Assembly (NCBI GenBank): GCA_043228905.1 | Contig: JBHGNT010000002.1 | Coordinates: 24,304,001 to 24,368,000 of the forward strand | DNA: 64,000 nt | Origin: Azolla caroliniana | Taxonomy: Eukaryota; Plantae; Polypodiophyta | Direction: 5' to 3' | Shown: positions 1-9,582 of the stretch, one piece after another | Layout: the number at the start of each line of letters is the position of its first letter | Position numbering within the stretch: the first letter of the stretch is position 1 | Translations under genes and position numbers: made by a program | Notes under the pieces: model-generated | The model's input: only the letters and a program-made list of their open reading frames with translations | What the model was told of the DNA's origin: nothing | Database searches by the model: none

Positions 1-366
1 TAACAACAGCAGTTACTATAAGTTTGCCCTAAGTCATATTTATACCAATATGACTTTTCGGCTATTTACAAATATAGCCACGATGGGCTCTCAGAAACAT
101 ATTATCGAATATGTCTCTTCATCCGGTGAGCACTCCTTACCGAATCTGCACCATCCGGCTCTCCATAGCCGGGTACTCCTCATCCGGTTCTCACCGGGCC
201 TGCACCATCCGGCTCTCCGTAGCCGAGTACTCCTCATCCGGTTCTCACCGGGTCTGCACCATCCGGTCCTCCGTAGCCGGGTACTCCTAGTCCGATTTCG
301 GCCTCGGCCTTTGTTCTTCGGCATTGTTCTTCTCCCTTCCCATCCGGAGGAACCTGTCTCCCAACA
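1..366 (-). mobile_element. Partial Copia LTR (left part outside window), same family group as LTRs at 21868, 27081 and 40251
   Basis: Colinear with 27450-27662 (agtttgccctaagtcatatttata...tcccatccggagg...aaca). Ends in ...CCAACA (TGTTGG on minus). Contains ~3 copies of a 54-bp CCGG-rich repeat at 146, 200 and 254. Confidence 0.8.
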
Positions 367-457
367 TATAAGTGGGCTCTCTAGTTATTGATGAACCATT
401 CTAGTGCAACATTAGTCTTCTGTGTATTCTTATAATGTTGTTCTTGTTAATATAATT

Positions 458-885
458 TGTTGAGATATCAAGCTCAACTAAGTTTAGCCATTTAGTTAAC
501 CACGTAACTTAGTAGTTACCTAGATAGAATCTAGTTAGTGTGTTGACCTTAAAGCCTTAAATAGGATTCTATACTTGAGTGGGATACATTCTAGATCCTC
601 CACTCACATGTTCATTTAATATAGGACTTACATCTTTGTACCTATATTCTCCTCACACATATGCACTCTTGCACATGAGATCTATACATACCTCATTGTG
701 GGTATTTTTGTAACTTGATGGTTATTAATATAGAGAAAGGTCTTTGGCTACACTCTTGTTAATCATCCCCCATTTATCTTATTGTTCATAAGTGTAACTT
801 CCTCTCTCTCTTTCCCTCTCACATACACACACACACATCACATAAGCTTCTAATGCTTAATCACATACGTGATTAACTATTCACA
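458..885 (+). mobile_element. Solo LTR, related to the Copia LTR at 15142
   Basis: Starts TGTTGAGATATCAAGCTCAACT (cf. TGTTGAGAATCAAGCTCAACT at 15142) and ends ..TCACA. Flanked by perfect 5-bp TSD TAATT (453-457, 886-890). CT/CA tract near the 3' end as in the 15142 LTR. Confidence 0.75.
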
Positions 886-1199
886 TAATTATATTCTTCT
901 CTTCTTTCCTTATCGTCTTCTTCCATTCTATGTTGTTTGCAGTTATGGCCCTAAGACTTTGAACTAGAATTCCCTCTTTTTCTTTGAGGAGTTTATTTCG
1001 AGCGTTATCACCACAATTGAGTTGTTCAACAAGCAAGAGTACATGTCCGTTCTCTTTTAAATTTGGAAGATCAACCTAATTTGGAAGTTTGATGGTATTC
1101 GACCTCAATTTTGAGGATTTGTAAACCAAGTGCACCTTCTCCTCTAGGTGCATCTTAACCAATATCCAACATATGTTGCTTGAGTTTGGTTGGTATGAA

Positions 1200-1860
1200 C
1201 ATTATTAATGATTGCATACCTGTTATTGAGTGTAATATTTGGTATCATTAAAAACATTTTGCAAATAGTGGGTTATCACATCATACTACTCTACTGTAAT
1301 AGCTTCGTAAATGATTTCAAATCTTCATGGAAACTAAGAAGTAAATTGTTCACATCAATGCATAGCCAACATTGGAAGTTGGATGCAAGGAGGTGAAAAT
1401 TTGTTGCTAAGCCAAGCTAAGATGATATCCTTGTCATCCTTACACTACTTGTAACCCCGAAAACTTACTTAGAATTCTTTGATGAAACCATCCAAATATT
1501 TGAAAAAAGGAGAATTATTTTCTAATAATGGAGCAAACCATGCAAATGTGCATTCATAGTAGCAACCCCACCTTCAAGCCCTACTCACGCACATAACAAA
1601 GTTATGAAAGGTTCCCCCAATCCAATGGAGATTGATGAAACATGTCATCGAGGGCCAAGCTAAAAAAGCAAAGGTGTGGAGCAAGCCATATATGTCTATA
1701 TTGTAGTGACCTAGGACACAACAATAAATTGTCCACAACAACCAAGACATCAAGTGAAACAAGTGTTAGTGATAAATTTGATCTTGATTCTCCAATTATA
1801 TATAGCAATCTTAATAGTCCTACACCATCCAATAGGTTTGGAGTCCTATCAAAATAGGAT
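1200..1860 (+). pseudogene. Possible degenerate LINE ORF1 remnant
   Basis: ORF 1642-1857 has a zinc-knuckle-like CLYCSDLGH followed by an S/T-rich stretch and SNRFGVL, resembling plant L1 ORF1 motifs. Heavily decayed. Confidence 0.3.
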
Positions 1861-2772
1861 CCATTTGGTTGGACAACCCAAATTCTATATAGTTAGTGCA
1901 AAGCAATTGTTCCATTTCATAAAAGTAAATTAGTAGGTTTTGGTCATGTATTTTTTCATACAATTTTGGCACCCTTCCATGCACCCTTGAAGATTTTGGA
2001 CAAATTGTGTATTTTCATACAATTTTGTTATTGTCATTAACTCATGATTGCGAGCAACAATATTGGTGTGATTGAAAATGTAGTTGGATTGATAAGTGAA
2101 GATGAACAAGAGGGACGGTGGACCCCAACAAGATGACTTTAGCACCATCCATGGATAGAAGTCTACAAACACAATGACTCTAGCACCCCAACACTGTGAC
2201 TCTTCTTCCTTATTCTTGTGCGAGTTTTTTCCCTTCTTCCTTATTGTGAGGGAGATTTGTTTCCTTCTTCTACTTATTGTGTAGGAGCTTTGCTTCTTCC
2301 TTATCATGAGGGAGCTTCCCCGCCCTTAGTGGTGTATGAGGATTTTCTACTTTGTCTTGGTTGTTGGATGAAAGAGGTTCATGGCTTAGTTGATATTCAT
2401 GAAGATGAAAAACGAGTGTGTGTGGAAGACCTACAACACAAAATGGGATGTAGTCTTTGTAGTCATTGAGTTCTAACATACACTTGACTAGCTATTAGTT
2501 TATCCTTCTTGTGCACTTTGACTTGATCAATAGCTACATATTAGTCATTTCTATCGTCTAGATGATAGAGGTGTGAGGATACTCATTAGTAAGAAATTAA
2601 AGAATAGGTGTTGGTAAATATATATGAATGAGCCACTAAAAGATGAGTAAATAAATTATTAGAAACATATAATGGATTATGGATCATCAAAAATGTTTAT
2701 TCATGAATCTTTGAAGTGTCTAAGGAAGAATCATCGACTAATCATTTTTAGGTAATTTTTCTTGGTAGACAC

Positions 2773-3428
2773 TAGGGATCGGCAACGGCTCGGCTCAAGC
2801 CTAAACCGTTTGGCTTAGCGGCTTAGCGGCTCGGCTCGGCTCGGTTTAGGCTTGAACTTGCCTTAATGGTTTGAGCTCGGCTCGGCTCGGCTTGAGCCTC
2901 GCCAAACCGGCTCAAGCCGGCTAAGCCGGCTAAACCGTTTAAGCCGTTTATAAACTTTAGAGAGGGGGAGAGAGACAACAGACAAGGGGAAAGAGAGAGA
3001 GAGAGTAAGGGAGGGAGAACTACATAGACGAGGAGAGAGAGACAGAGGGAGGGAGACAACATATAAGGAGAGAGAGAGAGAGAGAGAGGGAGGGAGACAA
3101 CATATAAGGAGAGAGAGAGAGAGAGAGACTACACAAACGAGGAGAGAGAGAGAGAGAGAGACTACACAGAGGGGAGAGAGAGAGAGAGAGGAACTACATA
3201 GAGGGGAGAGAGAGAGAGAGAGGAACTACATAGAGGGGAGAGACAGAGAGACTACACAGAGGGGAGAGAGAGAGAGAGAGACGAACTACATAGAGGGGAG
3301 AGAGAGAGAGACTACATAGAGGGGAGAGAGAGAGAGAGATGAACTACATAGAGGGGAGAGAGAGAGAGAGATGAACTACATAGAGGGGAGAGAGAGAGAG
3401 AGGGAGGGAGAGTCGAGACCATAGACGT

Positions 3429-3459
<31 letters not shown>

Positions 3460-4356
3460 TACATAGAGGGGAGAGAGAGGGAGAGGGAGGGAGAGTCGAG
3501 ACCATAGACGTGAGAGAGAGAGAGAGAGAGAGAGACTACACAGACGAGGAGAGAGAGAGAGAGAGAGACTACACAGAGGGGAGAGAGAGAGAGAGAGGAA
3601 CTACATAGAGGGGAGAGAGAGAGAGACTACATAGAGGGGAGAGAGAGAGAGAGAGGAACTACATAGAGGGGAGAGACAGAGAGACTACACAGAGGGGAGA
3701 GAGAGAGAGAGAGGAACTACATAGAGGGGAGAGAGAGAGAGACTACATAGAGGGGAGAGAGAGAGAGAGAGGAACTACATAGAGGGGAGAGACAGAGAGA
3801 CTACACAGAGGGGAGAGAGAGAGAGAGAGAGAGAGAGACTACACAGAGGGGAGAGAGAGAGAGAGAGACGAACTACATAGAGGGGAGAGAGAGAGAGACT
3901 ACATAGAGGGGAGAGAGAGAGAGAGATGAACTACATAGAGGGGAGAGAGAGAGAGAGGGAGGGAGAGTCGAGACCATAGACGTGAGAGAGAGAGAGAGAG
4001 AGAGAGAGGATTTACATAGAGGGGAGAGAGAGGGAGAGGGAGAGAGAGTCGAGACCACAGACGTGAGAGAGAGTGGGAGGGATCATCTGAGAGACAGAGA
4101 GGGAGGTAGGGAGAGAGAGAGAGACGGAGGTTTCTAAACCGGTTTCCAAGCCGGTTTGGAAACCGGTTTACAAGCCGGTTACCAAGCCGGTTCACAAACC
4201 GGTTTAGCATAAACCGGTTTAGCCTAAGCCGGTTTGTGAACCGGCTCGGCTCGGCTCGGCTCAGGTTTGAGATCCTGTAAACGGTTTAGGCTTAGCCGGT
4301 TTGGCTTGGATCAGGCCAAACCGGCTAAGCCTAAACCGAACCGTTGCCGATCCCTA
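2773..4356. mobile_element. Non-autonomous hAT DNA transposon with internal GA-rich satellite
   Basis: TIRs TAGGGATCGGCAACGG / CCGTTGCCGATCCCTA. Perfect 8-bp TSD GTAGACAC (2765-2772, 4357-4364). Subterminal AAACCGG/AAGCCGG/GGCTC repeats at both ends. No transposase ORF. Confidence 0.93.
2958..4125. repeat. Compound GA microsatellite / minisatellite, unit ~ (GA)n-ACTACA[T/C]AGAGGG, with a rarer GTCGAGACCATAGACGT spacer
   Basis: Directly visible; more than 25 units of variable (GA)n length. Confidence 0.95.
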
Positions 4357-4499
4357 GTAGACACATTGTGAACGTTTTTAAAAATAAACAAGATTTTTTT
4401 TTATTTTTTTTCCAAAAGAGAATATACTCCATTAGTTAAAATATACATGAACACGATCCCTTTCTCAGGTAGGCCGTGCCAAGATTATCCTAGCCTACA

Positions 4500-5290
4500 T
4501 ACGAGATCTCACTTATTTATCTTACACTTTTACATATGACTCAAGCCATCCTTTCAGATACATCACCTACCTTCACTATCCCACTTGCCATGTCTTTCAC
4601 GCCTCTCGTTCAACTAATGGGAGGGGGAAACAACCATCTGGGTACATCATACTTCCATAGTATATCCATTCCATTTGTTGCGGCCATCGGTGTCGTACAC
4701 CATCTTTTTCGAAAATTCAGCCTCATTAGGTCTGCAGCATCATTAGTACCATTAATCCGCTCATATAAACAAGATTGTTTGAGTGTCTTAACAATTTGCG
4801 CCAAAACTAATAAAATACAAAATATCAAGAATAGCAAATACATTAAGTAAAGATTAACGAAATTTGAGAAAAAGAAACAAGACTAAGGAAATATCAGTAA
4901 GAAAAACATTTGCTTCTTCTAATTAAGATGTGTCGTAGCCTAAAGAACTTACAAAAAACTTTATTGAATACTTGAAAGTATCCATCATAGTCCCAAGGAG
5001 TGATTTAGTCACTTGGTCAAGACTTAACAAAGCAAAGAAATGAGAAATCAAAGCATTAAACCATCAAAGAGAATCATATTGAAAATGAGCAAGAAACAAT
5101 ACGAGTTCCCGTAACAACATCAATAATATGCAATTATTTTTTGTGGCAGACATCATGCATCATATTTTTTCTAGGTTATTTAAGGTGTCAAACATGGCTT
5201 ACATCACCTAGACAATATTTATTGGGTATGAAATGTTCGAATGATTCTTTAATAGTTGTTAAACATGTCGTTTTTTCAACGTTTGGCTTG
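4500..5290 (-). pseudogene. Possible LINE ORF2 3'-end remnant
   Basis: Minus strand near 5280-5225 reads ..KESFEHF.. (zf-RVT-like ESxxH). ORF 4610-4843 ends in a Trp-rich segment. Very degenerate. Confidence 0.2.
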
Positions 5291-6712
5291 CATAATCAAA
5301 CATGACATTAGAGTACATTATTGTTGTGAACTTAAAACTACAATACAGTTGTTTTCCCCAGAAATAAACATAATTTTGTTATTTTCCTTCAAAACACTAC
5401 AATTTCGTTATATTCCTTCAAAAAACCACAACCCCATTACTTTCCCCAAAAAAGTATAATTCCGTTACATCAAAGATCAAGTGCAAATGTTTAGCATAAA
5501 CTACTATAGTGTCTTGCGTAAGTATAACATTCATTAAACATATATGCATACATGGGGCCAATGCCCCCTTAAAGTTAAGAGGGACACCATAATGCAATGA
5601 GGAGTATCAAACCTTGATCTACAGCACCTCATCACATTATAGTGACCTACCTAACATTAAGGGGCCCAAAGTAGTGTCCCTTATTGTAGCACAATCACTA
5701 TTATTGGGTTCTAATGCAAAGCTTCTTCTCTTCATGTCCCTTAAATGCTATATATTGTTACTCCAAAACTTTGTGATTGTGTTAGGAGGGATACTCAAGA
5801 CAATGTGAGTTGTGATCTTTGATTCAACAAGCTTTCCCACGTCATATATTGTTACCCCTAACTTTCAAAGACACAAGCGCCAAAATTGTACATACATTGT
5901 GTGAAGCCCATTTTCCCATTATAATATCACGCAAAAATATTAAGTGTAACTTTCTCTTTTGAAATCTAAAATAGAGGTTTTTAATGTGAAAATAACAAAG
6001 ACATTGAGATCTTCAAGTTCAATACACCATGGATACGTTATAAAATATATATGTATTTTATTATCACTTCCAAAACTTACTTTGAAGAATATGAGTTGAG
6101 TTAGCCATTAACCAACATAGCAAATAGCCATTTCTAGATATATAAAGCAAAGATGCATTGATGCCCCTTTTATGCAACCTATTCAAGTTTGGACTCCTCC
6201 ATCTTTGTAGGATTCTCTAAGAAAGTTTGGAGATTGATTCCCTTGCTCTAGATTCATGACTAGTGTATAGTGAATGATTTCAATGTATTTATCTGCACAC
6301 ACATAGAACAATTAGGTTTTTGAGCTACAAGTATGATTTTTAAATTTCAAACCCCAAAACATGGATGGAGTCACAAATTCACATGGTTTAGAAAAACCAA
6401 GCTCAACAAATCCAACGTCAAAATTATTTTGTCCTAAAAAAAATTTGATGCTCTTGGTATACCTTTCTCGCATCATTTGCCATAGTTTAGATCTTACAAA
6501 TTCTACTTCCATGAGTTTCTTATGGTAGCCAAAACTTGAGTTCAAAAATATTCATGATATGCAAATAACACTTCAATGTGGAAATATTAATACCTATACC
6601 ATGAATATGTCGGCAACATTTTTAAATGATTAAGGGATGGATAGACACGAGAAGAAGAGTCAATTGTTGCACATCATGTTAGGTTATATCAAAATTTATT
6701 AATATTTGCTGT

Positions 6713-6790
6713 TTGGCAAGTATGTTGACAATTTTTTGTTGGCAAGTATGTTGACAATTTCACTTGTGACAAGTGTGTTGACATTTTTTA
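6713..6790. repeat. Three tandem ~26-bp units (TTGGCAAGTATGTTGACAATTT)
   Basis: Directly visible at ~6713, 6739 and 6765. Confidence 0.75.
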
Positions 6791-7340
6791 TTGGGCACTA
6801 AAAAACTCTTCTTCTTTGTCTATGGATGCCATCATCCCCCTCTAAAATATACATACAATATGCATCCCTTAATATCATTGGAAGTGTGTAAACATAATAC
6901 TTTTCTTATATTGCTTTAGTTTCCTCTTAGAACGGCTGGAAATACGCAACATCAAATGCAAGGTTTACAAAAATTATTGAAATGACCAGTCTTCCCCCAA
7001 CTCATAAACAAACGAGTCATCGATGTTCACAGTGACAAATTTATTATGATAGTTGACAATACTTTCTACTAACACATCTTCTCGTCACTAAGCTAATAAT
7101 TATAAGTTGTATATGAAGTTACACTCATAAAATTCATTAAATAATATCAATAATCCAAAAAGAACTCACAAAAGTCTTTTGTGTGTGTGCACGATGCTTT
7201 CATGCTATCAATGATTGAGATCTACAAAGCTTTCTTCGTGACACGTAATATTGCATGCATAATCATAGTGGATATTATCCCCACTAGTAACAAAGTTAAT
7301 AGTCACCACCCTATAATCTGTATTTGTAGCTAAGTTTACT

Positions 7341-7473
7341 TGGCACCATGATACTATCTTCAATACTTTTAAATCGACACATATGGTGGAGTGGCCAGAT
7401 GTGAATTGGCACCATGATATTATCTTCATTAATTTTAAATCTACACATATGGTGGAGTGGCTAGATGTGAATT
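7341..7473. repeat. 66-bp tandem duplication upstream of PPO
   Basis: TGGCACCATGATA...ATATGGTGGAGTGG.AGATGTGAAT at 7341 and 7407; partial third copy near 7503. Confidence 0.85.
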
Positions 7474-7776
7474 GCGAGTGATAGTCATTCATTACTACAG
7501 TCCATATGGTGGCACCCAATTCAAGAGAGCAAGTGTGACAACTTAATTACAATTAATGTAAGGTGATGAAAGGAACCTTAAAAGTAATCACTAATAGGTG
7601 GGGTACACATGAAGAATAATCTACGTCGACTATTTTGGTTGGTAGAAATGTGCAAATGAATGAATGTGATAGATGACTTGGAGCGAATCGTGTGATGCAA
7701 GGGGGCAGGAAGTGTAAAGTAGACTTTTGAGATCCATTCGACAATAGGAACTTAGAGCGAGGTTCCGTGGGCAAAG

Positions 7777-7798
7777 TATATAAGGGGGGGGGGGGGGG
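7777..7798 (+). promoter_or_regulatory. Putative TATA box of PPO followed immediately by a G15 run
   Basis: TATATAA at 7777-7783, ~175 bp upstream of the ATG at 7954; G15 at 7784-7798. Confidence 0.55.
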
Positions 7799-7953
7799 CT
7801 AAGGAGATGTTAGTTGTTAACATAGAATTCCAAATCCCCTCCCCAACACCCCCTTCCAAATAACAATAACCAAAAGAAGCATCATACAAGCAAGCACAAC
7901 CATTTTTACTACCAATAGCTATAGCTATATTTTCTAGTTGGGTAGCTTACCAA

Positions 7954-9582
7954 ATGGTTAGCATGGATAGGGCACCTTTCATTCAAGGGGTAATTTGGGT
8001 GGCACTCTTGCTAGTGCTCCCGGCAGCCAACGCTGCCCCCATAACGGTTCCGAACCTCTCGCAATGCGGTATCGCGGCCGACAAGGCCCCGCGCGGCGAC
8101 CCCACCGTCTACTACTTCAATTGTTGCCTGCCCTATGTCCCCCCCCACAAGGTTGTCCAATTCTCTCTAGACGCCTACAAGTCGGCCAAGACGCACGTCC
8201 GGCACCCCGCCCATCGCGTGAGCGAGAACTACATCGCGAAATACAACAAGGCATACGAGCTCATGAAGGCCCTCCCGGACACCGACCCCCGGAGCTTCAA
8301 GGTTCAAACCCACCTCCATTGTGCTTTTTGCAACGGCGCATATAGGCAAGGCGGCGCGGGGGGCGACACGCCCCTACAGGTCCACTTCTCCTGGTTGTTC
8401 CTACCTTGGCACCGCATGTACCTCTACTTTCACGAGCGCATCCTCGCCAGCCTCATCGGCGACCCGTCCTTCTCTCTCGTGTACTGGAATTGGGACGACC
8501 AGCGGGACGGCGGCAATGTGTTGCCCCCCATGTTCGCGCGCAACGGCACTGCGCTCTATGACGAGTACCGGAACCCCAACCACAGCGGCCCGGCATTGAT
8601 CCGCCTCTCGCCTGCCAGCTCCACCCTGAATAACTCCGTCATCGTGTCCGAGAACCTCAATTCCATGTACCAGGCACTCGTGACAGCCCGCACCCCGGAG
8701 CTCTTCATGGGAGGCCCCTACCGCCTCGGCACCGACCTCACCAATGCCACCGTCCTGACCGCTCCGTTAGGCGGTAGCATCGAGAACACGGTCCACAATG
8801 GCATCCACTACTGGACCGGTAGCCGGACACTTGCCCTCGGAATGGACATGGGCACCTTCACGACCGCGTCCCGTGATCCCGTCTTCTACTCCCACCACAG
8901 CAATGTCGACCGGTTGTGGGATCTGTGGAGGTTCGAGCTCCCCGATGGCGAGCGGTTCGATCACAACGAGACCGACTTCCTCGATGCCGAGTTCGCGTTC
9001 TTCGACGAGCACGCCAACTTGGTGAAAATCAAGGTCCGCGATGTCTTGGACATTAGCAAGTTGGGATATAAGTACAAGCGCGTGAGCTCGGACAAGTTAT
9101 GGATCCGCTTCTCCCCGCTACCGGCCTCCAACGGAAGTGCGCTCCCGAAAGCCATCGCAGATGGCGTGCCCTTTGTCGGAGCCTCGCCTCTCAATGGCAC
9201 CATCGACTTGGGCACTAGACTAGTCGCGAGGGTGCAGCGCCCGTATGCCCTTCGTGTCAATAGACCCGACCATTCGGACGAAGTGTTGACAATCCAAGGC
9301 CTGGACGTGATCCGGGATAGCTTCATGCAGCTAGTGGTGTTTGTGAACCTTCCGGCTGCGAATAGCTCGACCCCCACGAATAGTGCTGAGTATGTGGGCA
9401 CATTCAACGTGGTACCATCGGCTAGCCAACATCGGCGCCTCATGACCAATGTTAAGTTCGAGATCGGCGACAACTTGAAACGTGTGGGTATCAGGAAAGA
9501 TGACGAGGTCGTCGTGACCATCGTCGTGAAAGGCACCGAGAAAATCACCATCCAAGGTCTCCAAATCACTTATGAAGTATAA
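7954..9582 (+). CDS. PPO: Polyphenol oxidase (type-3 copper tyrosinase/catechol oxidase), intronless, with predicted secretory signal peptide
   Basis: 542-aa ORF. CuA: HCAFCNGAY..QVHFSWLFLPWHRMYLYFHERIL. CuB: IENTVHNGIH..DMGTFTTASRDPVFYSHHSNVDRLW. DWL-domain-like DFLDAEFAFFDE and C-terminal EVLTIQG..VFVN..EYVGTF. Hydrophobic N-terminus VIWVALLLVLPAANA then APITVPNLSQC. Confidence 0.96.
   Translation: MVSMDRAPFIQGVIWVALLLVLPAANAAPITVPNLSQCGIAADKAPRGDPTVYYFNCCLPYVPPHKVVQFSLDAYKSAKTHVRHPAHRVSENYIAKYNKAYELMKALPDTDPRSFKVQTHLHCAFCNGAYRQGGAGGDTPLQVHFSWLFLPWHRMYLYFHERILASLIGDPSFSLVYWNWDDQRDGGNVLPPMFARNGTALYDEYRNPNHSGPALIRLSPASSTLNNSVIVSENLNSMYQALVTARTPELFMGGPYRLGTDLTNATVLTAPLGGSIENTVHNGIHYWTGSRTLALGMDMGTFTTASRDPVFYSHHSNVDRLWDLWRFELPDGERFDHNETDFLDAEFAFFDEHANLVKIKVRDVLDISKLGYKYKRVSSDKLWIRFSPLPASNGSALPKAIADGVPFVGASPLNGTIDLGTRLVARVQRPYALRVNRPDHSDEVLTIQGLDVIRDSFMQLVVFVNLPAANSSTPTNSAEYVGTFNVVPSASQHRRLMTNVKFEIGDNLKRVGIRKDDEVVVTIVVKGTEKITIQGLQITYEV

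Noticed and set aside
50-391. Repetitive ORFs (LHHPALRSRVLLIRFSPG x3) and similar ORFs at 22273 and 40651
   Set aside because: They are translations of the LTR tandem repeats (54 bp is a multiple of 3) and are not conserved in frame among LTR copies.
2958-4125. Repeat/spacer-like array suggesting CRISPR; Leu/Ser-rich ORFs on the minus strand
   Set aside because: Eukaryotic context, the 'spacers' are just (GA)n, there are no cas genes, and the ORFs are microsatellite translations inside a hAT element.
8961-9569. 202-aa antisense ORF and other overlapping ORFs in PPO
   Set aside because: Expected shadow frames of a GC3-rich gene; no recognisable motifs.
7954-9582. Recent horizontal transfer of a bacterial or fungal tyrosinase
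   Set aside because: It has the plant PPO architecture (N-terminal C..CC motif, HCAxC, DWL-like and C-terminal shield domains). High GC and lack of introns are common in plant PPOs.
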